Under the pieces are notes generated by a model. That model was not told the origin of the DNA, ran no database searches, and worked only from the letters and a program-made list of their open reading frames with translations. From a virus, in IMG/VR virus record IMGVR_UViG_3300005289_000004, positions 1-64,000 of that record: DNA of 64,000 bases; one strand, 5' to 3'. This document shows positions 48,384 through 59,386 of this stretch, piece by piece; positions within the stretch are counted from its first letter, which is position 1; each line of letters opens with the position of its first letter. A program made the translations under genes and the position numbers.

Positions 48384-50741
48384 ATGAAAAAAAGATGTTT
48401 AGTCGATTTAGAGTCGAGTGCGCTACTATCTCAAATGTTAGATTACAGAACTCTACCATACAAACTACGAAAGGATGCGAAACTATGGTGTGTTGTTGTC
48501 ACAGACTTAGAAACTAAAGAATCTAATGTAGCTGTTGGTAATCAGATCACTAAGCAGTGGATGCAAGATGCTCTCAAAGACTACGACTTCATAATACTTC
48601 ACAACGGGCATAAGTTTGACTTAATAGTTTTATGGTTGTTTGGAGTTCTTGAATACTCAATCGGCTATTTAAATGAAAGTGACACCTGTTTTGGGAGAGA
48701 GGTTCAGTTTGTTGACACCCTCATATTATCTCGTATAGCAAACCCAGATAGATTTGGAGGACACTCTTTACATGCTTGGGGCGTACGCTTAGGAAACTAT
48801 AAAACTGATTTTAGACAACAATGTATAGAAACTGGAGTTATTGAGAAAGGCTCACCTAAAGCATCAGAATTTTTACAGTACACCCCTTTGATGACTGAGT
48901 ACTGCATTCAAGATACCCTAGTTACGGGTGACACCTACGAAGAGTTGGTTAAAGAACTTAGTGGTTGGGATGGATGGAAGCAAGCTATCAAATTAGAACA
49001 TAAACTGGCAGACCTATCAGTAAGAAGAGAGACGTTCGGTTTTTGGTTTGACAAAGAATCAGCTTTAAAATGCCTTGAAGATTTAACTGTTAAGATGCAG
49101 GAACTGACTGATAAGGTTAACCCACTGCTACCCGAAATACCTTTAAGTAAAGGAAAGCTAGACGACTACACCCCACCTAAGAATCAGTTTAAGGCAGACG
49201 GAACACCAACTGTTCACATGGTAAGATTTGTTCAGAGACTAGGTGCTAAGGTAGAAGACAACCAACTGTTCTACGAAGGTAATTGGTATACACTCCCACT
49301 AACTGAACCACTGAAGACTACAGCCAAAGCTACTATAGATGATATGGATGCGGTGAAGATGCATCTTATTGACTTGGGATGGGAACCGACAGAATGGAAA
49401 GAGCGGGATTTAACAAAAGATTCTAAGAAGCAAAACTTGTCTATAGAGAAAAGAGTTAAAGCCTTAGATCGGTGGTATTCTGAAACTATGGCAGGTAAGT
49501 ATAAAAAAGCTAGACTGGCAATTGTTGGTGATAAAGACACGTACAACAAACTAAGAAGACGGCTTAACGAAAATAAACCTGTTAGAGTACCGACCTCTCC
49601 TGCTGTAAGGGTTGGGGTTGAGAAAGAACTTTGCCCCCACTTACTAGAACTAGGCGATAAGGTGGCATTTGCTAGAGACTTTGCTGACTACCTAACCTAC
49701 CGTCACAGAAAAAGCAGTATTGCTGGTGGAGATATAGAGGAAATGGATTTTGACGAGGATATACCAAACACAGGATTCTTGTCGATGTATAGGGAAGAGG
49801 ACGGAAGAATACCAACACCTGCAATAGAGATCGGTGCAGCCACGAACAGATATAGACACATAGGGGTTGCAAACATACCAAGAGCTTCATCAACTTATGG
49901 TAAAGAGATGCGAAGCCTTTTCGGATGTGGAGAAGGATACGTACAGTTAGGATTTGATTTTTCTTCATTAGAAAATAGGGTTCAAGGGTCGTATGTTTTT
50001 AACGGCACAGACGGTCAACTCTTAGCTAAACAACTGATAGCTGACAAGCCTGACGATTTGCACACCATTAATGGGCAGAAGCTAGGTATATCAAGAACAG
50101 ATGCCAAGTCTTTTACTTATGCTATTCTTTACGGTGCGTCTGCTAAGAAAGTTTCAAAGATGCTTAGTTGTACAATGGAGCGAGCAGAACAATTAGTTAC
50201 AGAGTTTTGGGAAGCTGTACCAGCGCTAAATGAACTGAAGCAACAGAAAGAACAGGAATGGTTACAAACAGGTAAAAAATATATTCGGGGCGTAGATGGT
50301 AGGAAGATCAACATCAGAAGTCAGCATAGCATATTAAATGCTTTATTTCAAAGTGGCGGTGTTATCTGTACAAAGTACACCACAGTATTTTTACTAGAAC
50401 AGTTGGAGAAACAAGGTTACTGTATTGATTGTTTTAAAGGAGTACCTGATGTAGCAGAGATGATTTCTTATCATGACGAAAGCCAACTAGCTGTTAGACA
50501 AGCACTTACACAATTTATACCATTTGAAACTGAGGGCGAAGGAAAAGAATTTATCAGTAGTGTTTCGTTAGATTACCAGTTGTCTGCTTTATCCGAAGGA
50601 AAGAGTTGGTATATCACACTTCCTAATGTCGTATCCCAAGCTATTGAAGACAGCATTAAAAAGACAGGAGAGCTAGTTGGATTGAATGTTCCGCTAGGTT
50701 ACGAATGGATAGTTAATAAGACTTGGTACGGATGCCATTAG
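48384..50741 (+). CDS. polA: T7-like family A DNA polymerase with 3'-5' exonuclease
   Basis: Exo motifs DLE, HNGHKFD, YCIQD; motif A GFDFSSLENR; motif B RTDAKSFTYAILYG (Tyr, T7-type); motif C YHDE. Confidence 0.95.
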   Translation: MKKRCLVDLESSALLSQMLDYRTLPYKLRKDAKLWCVVVTDLETKESNVAVGNQITKQWMQDALKDYDFIILHNGHKFDLIVLWLFGVLEYSIGYLNESDTCFGREVQFVDTLILSRIANPDRFGGHSLHAWGVRLGNYKTDFRQQCIETGVIEKGSPKASEFLQYTPLMTEYCIQDTLVTGDTYEELVKELSGWDGWKQAIKLEHKLADLSVRRETFGFWFDKESALKCLEDLTVKMQELTDKVNPLLPEIPLSKGKLDDYTPPKNQFKADGTPTVHMVRFVQRLGAKVEDNQLFYEGNWYTLPLTEPLKTTAKATIDDMDAVKMHLIDLGWEPTEWKERDLTKDSKKQNLSIEKRVKALDRWYSETMAGKYKKARLAIVGDKDTYNKLRRRLNENKPVRVPTSPAVRVGVEKELCPHLLELGDKVAFARDFADYLTYRHRKSSIAGGDIEEMDFDEDIPNTGFLSMYREEDGRIPTPAIEIGAATNRYRHIGVANIPRASSTYGKEMRSLFGCGEGYVQLGFDFSSLENRVQGSYVFNGTDGQLLAKQLIADKPDDLHTINGQKLGISRTDAKSFTYAILYGASAKKVSKMLSCTMERAEQLVTEFWEAVPALNELKQQKEQEWLQTGKKYIRGVDGRKINIRSQHSILNALFQSGGVICTKYTTVFLLEQLEKQGYCIDCFKGVPDVAEMISYHDESQLAVRQALTQFIPFETEGEGKEFISSVSLDYQLSALSEGKSWYITLPNVVSQAIEDSIKKTGELVGLNVPLGYEWIVNKTWYGCH

Positions 50742-50761
50742 GAAATTACTAAAAATTTTAG

Positions 50762-50873
50762 TATCTTTGTGCTGTTACAGTATCTCAATTTAAGTAACAG
50801 TAAGAAATTTAACACCCATTGCACCTAAAAGTGAGTTGAGATACACTGGCGGGAGTAGTGGGTTTATTATTTT
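50762..50873 (+). promoter_or_regulatory. Promoter (TATCTTTG) plus kissing-loop structured leader
   Basis: Two hairpins with complementary loops TATCTCAATT/AGTTGAGATA directly before the ATG. Confidence 0.65.
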
Positions 50874-51803
50874 ATGACACGCTCAGAAGAAATTTTAAAT
50901 GGGTTCAACGAAACTCATAACTACAAATACACCTATCCTAATTACGGTGCTAAGAACCTTCAAGAAAAAGTTACAATCGTCTGTCCTGAACACGGAGAGT
51001 TTGTTAAGTTCGGATATTGCCATTTGAGAAGAAAGCAAGGATGCCCCAAGTGTTCGCACATTGGTTTGTCAAGGTATACAGAAGAGGAGTTCATGGATAG
51101 CCTAATTAAAACTCACGGTTATCCGTTACCTTTTGAAATTTTGTCTCCGTATGTGGGTAATAAGGATGACATTATGATTAAGGATAAGTATGGTATTTGC
51201 AAAACTAAACCCTATAACCTTACACGAACCTCTTATGGTTCCTTACGAACTGCCGTAGATAAAACTGCGTACATGATTGCCAAGTTTAATGAAAAACACA
51301 ACTTCAAATACACTTACGACAATTTTGTGTACAAAGGTAATAGGGTACTAGGTACAGTCACTTGCCCTGAGCATGGGGATTTTGAACAGTTGGTGGATGT
51401 ACACTTAATGGGTTGTGGATGCCCTAAATGTGCAGACTCTAATAAGGTAAGCGGCTACGGGAGAAATGATTACATAAGGGTTTGTAAAGAAAGGGAGGCA
51501 AGTTTATACATCATATGCTGTTACAGCGAGGATGAGTTCTTTGTTAAAGTGGGTATTACATCTACAGGAGTGAATAAAAGATTTAGAGACAGAAGTGCGA
51601 TGCCCTATGAATTTTCTTCATTATTTGAAACTATAGGTGATCCTGCTGAAATTTGGGATTTAGAACTGAGCTTGAAAAGAAAATATAAAGGCAATACATA
51701 CCTGCCACAAGTTTATTTCAAAGGACAGACAGAATGCTTTACTTTTGAGACAGCAGAAAAAATGATTGAAGAAATTAAAAATAAATTTGTAAATGCGACA
51801 TAG
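50874..51803 (+). mobile_element. Homing endonuclease with Zn-ribbon repeats and C-terminal GIY-YIG-like domain
   Basis: 2x CPEHG.F..H..GCPKC; SLYII..FVKVGIT..RF..E..G.TECF. Confidence 0.8.
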
Positions 51804-51845
51804 ACAAGTTACATTTGATAAACACAACATCCAAAACAATTGAAA

Positions 51846-52064
51846 ATGGATAAAATAATAACCAACATGAAATACACACGATACGAAATACAAGAACGCA
51901 AGCATAGCTCGAATGTAGTCTTAGGAATATACGAGATTTTTAACAATCACAAAGGTGAATACGAAGAGCATTCTCAGATTATAGCTATACCTGTTGAACG
52001 TAAAGCAGAAGGAGATAAGTTAGCGATATTAATTTGCGATATGTTAAATGGTCAGTTGAAATGA
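51846..52064 (+). CDS. Hypothetical protein
   Basis: Downstream of TACATTTG (51810-51817); overlaps next start. Confidence 0.5.
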   Translation: MDKIITNMKYTRYEIQERKHSSNVVLGIYEIFNNHKGEYEEHSQIIAIPVERKAEGDKLAILICDMLNGQLK

Positions 52065-52993
52065 ATTACCTAGATACCCAGATTCAATATTACGAAAACG
52101 ATATACGCAAAACCAAGCCCATCGGAGTTTGTACACTAGGGCAGTTATTAGCCAGCATACGTAACCCTAAACAGGAAGTCTTAGAAAGGTTCAAGGAGAT
52201 TGCTAAAGCCAGTTCAGACGGAGATAAGAAGTTGAAAGACGAACTTAAATCTAAACTGTGGTATTTTACACCTTGTATATACAGCAAAGGAAACAACAGA
52301 ACCTACGAAGACATAGATCACTGGACAGCTGTTATGGTTTTAGATTTTGATAATCTGGAACAAGAGTTAGCGGTTGAATTAAGAGATTGGCTGTTTGAAA
52401 ATTATTCCTGTGTTGTAGCTAGTATGTTATCTAGTTCCCGTAAGGGTGTTAAATGTTTTGTGAGGATTCCAGAGGTTATCAGTGTGGAAGAGTTTAAACT
52501 GTATTTTTATGGGATAGCTTCTGAGATGCAGTATATTGTCGGGTTCGACCATACTACTCAAAATAGCGCATTGGCTTTCTACCTCACCTACGACTATGAC
52601 ATAAAGGTTCGGGAAGACGCAACTGAATGGACACAGACAGGTTATAAGCTAGACGAGTTTAAGCAGTGGGAAGGTGGAGAGATTATACCAATTGACGATG
52701 TAACAGAACAAGACAGGGAAGAAATAATAAAACAGCTAACCTGTATGTACGCAAATATAACTGATAATGGGCATATTCCAAATCGAAGCGCAGGACTCCT
52801 CATGGGGGGTTATATCGGTTCGGGGTACTTTACTTATGACGAAGCAGTTGACATACTAGATGAGCTAATTGACAATACAAGCTATCTACAAGCTAAACCA
52901 AGAACGTACAAGACCACTACACGACAGATGTTAAAAATTGGCAGTAAGTCCCCCCTATACCTAACCCGACACGAACACTTATATGAAGCCTAA
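52061..52993 (+). CDS. VirE-N/BT4734-like primase-polymerase family protein
   Basis: LKSKLWYFTP..VMVLDFDN..SSSRKGVKCFVRIP. Confidence 0.7.
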   Translation: MNYLDTQIQYYENDIRKTKPIGVCTLGQLLASIRNPKQEVLERFKEIAKASSDGDKKLKDELKSKLWYFTPCIYSKGNNRTYEDIDHWTAVMVLDFDNLEQELAVELRDWLFENYSCVVASMLSSSRKGVKCFVRIPEVISVEEFKLYFYGIASEMQYIVGFDHTTQNSALAFYLTYDYDIKVREDATEWTQTGYKLDEFKQWEGGEIIPIDDVTEQDREEIIKQLTCMYANITDNGHIPNRSAGLLMGGYIGSGYFTYDEAVDILDELIDNTSYLQAKPRTYKTTTRQMLKIGSKSPLYLTRHEHLYEA

Positions 52994-53351
52994 CAGATTA
53001 AAAGTATACAACAAATACGGAGGAAAGTGCGCTTACTGTGGTACAGATATACAGTTTAAAGATATGCAGGTTGACCACGTTATACCTCAATGGAGAGGTG
53101 GTAGCCATAGCAGAGCAATTCCTGTAGACGAAATACACTGTGAAGACAACTACATGCCTAGCTGTAGATCGTGTAACAACTACAAATCAGGGAATCCGTT
53201 AGAAGTTTTTAGAAAATCTATAGAGAACCAGATTGAAATATTAAGAAGAGACAGGCCAACTTTCAGACTAGCTGAGAGATATGGACTAATTGAATGCAAA
53301 CCTAAACCTGTAATATTTTACTATGAAGGATATACCACAACAATTCCTTAA
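52983..53351 (+). CDS. HNH endonuclease
   Basis: CAYCG..DHVIP..NYMPSCRSCNNYK. Confidence 0.9.
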   Translation: MKPNRLKVYNKYGGKCAYCGTDIQFKDMQVDHVIPQWRGGSHSRAIPVDEIHCEDNYMPSCRSCNNYKSGNPLEVFRKSIENQIEILRRDRPTFRLAERYGLIECKPKPVIFYYEGYTTTIP

Positions 53352-53396
53352 AAAGGATGTAAAGATTAAATTTAAACCTTACTGTAACAAAACGAC

Positions 53397-54948
53397 ATGG
53401 AACATAATTATCACGAACAGGAAAATGAATGGGTCAGAGATAGCTTCGACCTAGAGAAGTTAATAGAATTTACTTCAAAGCATAAAGTAGAGGTACTTAT
53501 GGGGGCTAGCTTTCAATATGAAGCCTACGTAGATTACAAAGAGGGGGACGGTTGTTATGGAACAGGGCTTACAATTCTAGGTGCAATAGTCACAGCTATA
53601 AAGACTTTTGAAAATAAATATCAGTAATTATTTGGAAGTTAAAAAATAAGTATATACCTTAGACTTATGAAGAGCAACACAAACGAAAAGGCACAGAGTG
53701 CTGAGGAAATACTTAAATCATTCATGGCTGAATGCGATACTTACTATGCAGACAGTAATGGTAATGGTTATGTAGACGCATCAAATCACTCTGTATTAAA
53801 AGCTATGGAGAACTACGCTCAATCCAGCATCTCCCAACTCGAAACCGACCTTGCTAAATCGCAGGAACGCATAGCACAACTGGAAGCTAAGTGCCAAAGG
53901 TATGAGGAGGCTTTTAATAGGATAAACAACATGAAGTCAGATAATAGTAGATCAACAGGTAATCGTTTTTTAATAGCAACCGAATTATCAGAACAAGCAC
54001 TAAAAACAACAAGAGATGAGCAAATTTAAAATAGTAACCCTAAAAGGCAATATTGAAAATATACCAGCTAAAAGTATAATTGATGCGGTGAATAGGTTCT
54101 ACAAAGACCCAAGCACATCTGAACAGACAATAAAATCAGTCACGTTAATTGAAGAGGCTAAAAAAGAAAAGTCCACTTTGATATTAAAATTCGGTGGTAT
54201 TAAGGGTGGAGATTATACAGGTAGCCCAGAAGCACTTAAATTAAGTGATGAGCTAAACACCATCTATGACGATTTGGAACGAAAGAGAAAAGAGTGTGAA
54301 ATTATAGACGTATATAACGGCAACTTTCTAATTTGGTGGGGACAAGTAAAGGCCTCTAAAGAACAAGCAAAAGAGTACATCATGAATTATGAAAGTAAAG
54401 TTTAACCCCAAAAGACTGAAAGATGAAAACAATTAGAAGTTACTTAGCAGAACTTACTCAGGCGTATAGCGGAGTAGATGCAATCACAAAGAACATACTT
54501 GATGTATGTGAAGAACAGGCAAAGTACGGTCACAAGTACCACAGGCACTCTGTACACAAATCCCGTACAGAAGAAGTAGTCAGTTATTTAGTTACAGTAG
54601 GTAAGCTGGACGTAGAGGTTTTACATAATAACGATAACTCAGACTGCGACCTAATTGAGGTGAGTTGGGACGGAGGTAGTGATGTATAACAGCGAGAAAC
54701 TTACAAAGATACTGTTGGAATGCTATATTGAAGCCTATAAATTTATTGGAGTAAACTTCCATGAGATAGATAAAAAGGAAGACTTCTTTCTTGACTACGA
54801 GTTGTGTGATTCAGAGCAAGAGAAGATCATCAACAGGGTTATTAACAAACACAAGCTAAAGTCTTACGAGAGACAGTGTATTAAAAATAGTTATTGGCTC
54901 GGCTGTTCACCAGCTAGCACTAAGATGACAAGAAATGAAAAAGAGTAG
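53397..54948 (+). other. Five small hypothetical CDSs (53397-53627, 53667-54029, 54016-54405, 54423-54689, ~54680-54948)
   Basis: Packed co-directional ORFs. Confidence 0.65.
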
Positions 54949-55390
54949 TAGAGATAGAAGAGTTCAACTAAGAGCTAAGAAACGTTATGGCTTAAAAGAT
55001 GGAGTCAAAATGTATAGGTATGGATATAAGAACAAAAAAGGTAATAAGTATGATGGGTCTAAAATTCCTAACCTGTTTATTATACTGCAAGAGCAGCAGA
55101 TGTGGGATGACATCGATAGGACGAGGATAGAAAATCCTTGGTTAGCACAGTTAGCAACAAAAGGAAGTGGGGTTATAGGTAAGTCCATGTTTACATCAAC
55201 TGTAGAAGAAGGGGTAAGTTGTTACAGAACCGTTTGGGAAGATGGCGATGATAATAAAGAAAATGGTTTGTATCGTTATTTTATCCCACACAGCGAACTG
55301 TATAGTAGAGAGTACATTGTAAGTTTAAGGGAAGAATTTAAAGATAAGGATTGTGAACCAGCGCCAGAACGTAGAAAATCACCAAGATGA
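54935..55390 (+). CDS. Degenerate terminase-ATPase-fragment-like protein
   Basis: Collinear motifs shared with TerL of this window: NxYDG, KGxxxxGK..TV, YxxxWxxxD, GLYR..P. Confidence 0.55.
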   Translation: MKKSSRDRRVQLRAKKRYGLKDGVKMYRYGYKNKKGNKYDGSKIPNLFIILQEQQMWDDIDRTRIENPWLAQLATKGSGVIGKSMFTSTVEEGVSCYRTVWEDGDDNKENGLYRYFIPHSELYSREYIVSLREEFKDKDCEPAPERRKSPR

Positions 55391-55854
55391 AAAAGAGTAA
55401 GCCACAACTTATAAACCAGTTTCACCACACTGAGAATATTGTAATCGATACGTGGGGAGGAGACTGTATAGCAGTACACGTAGGAGAAGACATCAAAGAA
55501 CTTTGCGATCATTTCTGTGATTTTTACAAGTTACCAGATAATTACCGTATTACTTCTCACACTGTGCAAGGTACGTTTGTGTGGGTTGAAGAGAAACATC
55601 ATCAGTCTTATAACCTTTTTGTGCAGTTTAATTTTTCATCAGATAGAGTTTTAATCCACGAGTGTCTACATATCGTCCATAGGATACTAAAGAATAAAGG
55701 TATGAAGCTAACTGATTCGTCTGAGGAGGCTTACTGTTATCTGCTGGACTATTTGTTCAATGAAGTACAAAGTATCGTTAAACGGGCTAAAATTGAGTTT
55801 AAAAAGTATAAGAAGAATGAGAGTACCAAGAAAGCTAAAGAAGAAAATACCTAA
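55387..55854 (+). CDS. HExxH zincin-like protein (paralogue of 45481-45843)
   Basis: LIHECLH..EEAYCYL. Confidence 0.7.
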   Translation: MKKSKPQLINQFHHTENIVIDTWGGDCIAVHVGEDIKELCDHFCDFYKLPDNYRITSHTVQGTFVWVEEKHHQSYNLFVQFNFSSDRVLIHECLHIVHRILKNKGMKLTDSSEEAYCYLLDYLFNEVQSIVKRAKIEFKKYKKNESTKKAKEENT

Positions 55855-58532
55855 TGGTATGTATTGTTACACAGGTATAGGTTGGAAAGGCAACTACTAT
55901 CTAGTTAAACCTTGTCCACTGTTTAATCGTGCTAATAATGGTGAATGGTACTGCAAACTATTCAACAAAGCTACGGATAATGTAGAGTGGGATATATTGT
56001 TAAGTGACCAATGTAAGGTTTGTGGAATTAAAAATAATTGGAAATGAAAGATCAAGAAATAGTAATAGAGCTAAACGACTACCATTATACTTGTGGAGAT
56101 GGCTGTTGTGATAATTATGGTACAGTTATTAAAGTGGACGGTGAAGAGTTAGAAGGTAGAAATACTGATGCAGGAGCTATTCTAAAAGAAGTGCTAACCC
56201 ACTTAGGTTATACAAAAGTTAAAGTAATTATAGATGGAGAAGGATACTACTAAGATTGAAGAGATTAAGCAGTTTCTTTACGAAGAGATTATACATCGAA
56301 GACAATACAGCGCATCCAAGTCATTTGAAGTTGTTCTGCAATTTATAGAAGAGTTGGAACAAGGTAAAACCTGTAAGAAGGTAAGGACACCCGTTCAAAT
56401 TGTAACGGACAGGATAAATGCTATCCAGAGTAAAATATCCACTTACAGAAGTCACTTGTTGAAACTTGGTGCGCAAGGTCAGTTTTATCAATATACGTAC
56501 TCTCAGATTATAGCTTTGAACTGTGCTAAACTAGAAGAATTAAGAATTGTAAAAAATAAATTGCATAATACTTGCAAGTCTGAAAAATAATACTGTACTT
56601 AGCAGAATGAAAAAGACAACAAGCATGGAAGGAGTTACGACTCTTTATATAACCAGAGATGAATGGCACTTTGGTTACAAGACAATTATTTCAGAGTTAA
56701 ATGTAGATGATATTGTAATATTTACAGACAGTAAGGAGATAATGGTTGTGGAGCAAGTAAAACAACTAAAGAGGATATGAGTAAGTTACGAAGACAACCA
56801 TTAACTAAAGAGCGTGCTAGGAAGATAGGAATGTCATTTAGACATATGTATGTACTAAGTGTGCTAATGGAGTTAGAATATATGGAACATTGTGATGTCA
56901 ACCTGAAACATCCTACGATACATCAGAAGCTAAGTCGCATTAAAAGCGATTTACAGGACGTACAGAAGCATCACGCATTAGTGTTGGATGGAAAGGATGT
57001 TGAAACTATTTTAGAGCCTATACACCATCTAAATGAGGTTATAAAAGTTCTGTTGGAATTAGAGCCAAATCAGATCGAAGCATTCAGTCAAGGTTTAAGT
57101 AAAATGATAAACGATGGAAAATAAAAAAGGGAGAATTGATGCAGGTGGAATAGCAGTCCTTCTGCTGTGTCTAGGATTAGTTGTAATTATGGTATGGCAG
57201 TTCTTTTTAACAGCAATTAAAGAAAAAACAGCTCTTTGTAAGTGCAAGACAAGTCAAGAGATAATTTTGTTACACGAAAAAAGAAGTCGGTTTATTGACG
57301 CACTCGAATATCCGAACCACCAGCTAACCAAGAAAGAGAAGGATAGCATTATTGATTCAGTTACACACTATACAAATTTACTAAGATGAAAGACAAGCTA
57401 ATTATAGGTAAGACTTATCAGATAGACGAAACCTACACTGGCGTACTTAAAGAAATTGACAGCCGCGGTTATCCACTGTTCGATATGATTAGGAACCCAT
57501 ATTACAAAGTAAACGAGAATGGTTTGACTCCGTTCGGAACTAAGAACTTTAAACTTGTAAATGATGAACCGAGAACTACATCCTAAGCTAACCGCAGAAC
57601 AAACAGGTAAGACAGTAACCTATTTCCTAAAAGATGGAGCAACTTGGAACTGCACTGAGAACGACCTGATTGAATACATAGAAAAGAACAACTTAAATGT
57701 AGATGAGATATTCAGTCATAACGAAGACCCAGAGGGACAAGCTAACCCTGCATACGATGTAATGGCCATAGTAACGAAAGACCCACAGGATATTCTTACG
57801 GATGATTGGGAAATGATAACAATTCAATATTACAAAGATAAATTTAGATTGAGATGAAAATACAACTTGAACAAATAGGAGATCAGTTCTGTATATCAAT
57901 TAAGGACGGTTGGTTTGGCGATAAGAAATATATAGATATACGAGACCCTCAATATAAATGGTATAGAACAGACACGTATTTTAAACATTGCTTATCAACA
58001 AAAGATAAAGTAGAAGAATTATATAATCTTATAACTTCAAAAGGAAAAGTTATTAAATCAACAACATTATGAAAATTAAATTAGAACTATGGAACCAATA
58101 AGATTACCACAAGGAACATACTCTCAATACTATGTAACAAATAACGGAAGTGTAGTAAAAAGATACGGAGAACAATTTGTATTCGTAACTAACACAATTG
58201 ACGATGAGAGAATAGGTAGTTACGTTTACTACAATAAACGGTTAAAGCACATATCAGGTAATCATATAGAGCAAAACTCTGGGTACAACATAAACTACCC
58301 ATGTGATTATCTATCAGATAGAATACTACAACCCTACTGTAACATTAAAATAGGACAAGAGTTTACTATAGATGAATATGTACCTAGAACTACGTTAGGA
58401 GAGACTTACTATGTAGAATCAATAAAGATAACAAAAGATTACTATGAAATAGAGTTTTATAATGATCGAGGGCAAATATCTGCTATATACGATTTAAGTA
58501 TAGTTACCCTAAGGCAACAGGAGGAAAAATAA
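55817..58532 (+). other. About ten small hypothetical CDSs, including Cys-rich 55817-56047 and CGDGCC protein ~56044-56253
   Basis: Packed co-directional ORFs with overlapping start/stop codons. Confidence 0.65.
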
Positions 58533-58783
58533 TTCCAAAAAAATTTTATATAAGTGTCTGTTGGGGACTATCCCATATATTAAGCGACTCCCGTATCAAT
58601 GGGGGCAAGTAGGGGCGGCCTCTTCAATCTCAATCTCAAGTCGGATAAACATTACCTAAGCTACCCGTATCAAGCTATATAAGGGCAATGGCAAGTCTAA
58701 AGCTATCCAGATAATACATTATACATCTGATCTTAGATCGTTGCGTGTTGGCTTTCTTATTGTGCTGTATTGAGGGGGAAATG

Positions 58784-59242
58784 TTATTCGTTCTCACCTT
58801 GCAGTTTGATTAACAATGCTAATCCATCAGTCTTTAATACTTGCGCTCTAGTCTTTCTATCTCCTTTCCAAAATACATGCGGATTGATCGTATAGTTCCC
58901 AAAGCTACCAGTAATTAAACCTTTCTTAATAAGGCTCTTTATATTCTTACTGATGTTGGTCAACCCTATATTCAACTCTTTACATATCTCTATACGTGAT
59001 GCTGTGGTTAGCTGTACAACTCCTGTATTGTACTCAGCTACTTCGCAGAACTTTACCAATAACTTTAAGTCGGATAGCTTAGTAAGTCCGTACAATGAAC
59101 TGATAAACTTTGTGTACGTCATAAAGAACTCCTCTGTTTCTATCTTAACATTAAACTGTTTGGTTGTTTCGATCAACCTTACTTCTCCTGTTTCGTAATC
59201 TACTGTTTCTGTGGTCTGTGATTGTGTTGTGAACTTTGCCAT
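58784..59242 (-). CDS. repL: RepL-family winged-helix protein
   Basis: VDYETGEV..EEFFMTY..ICKELNI..ISKNIKSLIKKGLI..YTINPHVFWKG. Confidence 0.8.
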   Translation of the reverse strand: MAKFTTQSQTTETVDYETGEVRLIETTKQFNVKIETEEFFMTYTKFISSLYGLTKLSDLKLLVKFCEVAEYNTGVVQLTTASRIEICKELNIGLTNISKNIKSLIKKGLITGSFGNYTINPHVFWKGDRKTRAQVLKTDGLALLIKLQGENE

Positions 59243-59267
59243 AATGCTTTGCTAATTTATTTAGTAA

Positions 59268-59386
59268 CAAAGATACTACTAAATAGTACGTGTATTTACT
59301 AAGGGTTAGTAAGCGGTTTACTATTCTCTAGTATTTAAATACTAATAATTCGGTGTAGAATACTAATCTCTAGTACTACGTTACTA
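59268..59386. repeat. Phased TACTA-N5-TAGTA palindrome array overlapping the repL promoter
   Basis: Units start at 59274, 59297, 59319, 59361; half-sites at 59340, 59382; -7 element TATCTTTG at 59268-59275. Confidence 0.75.
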
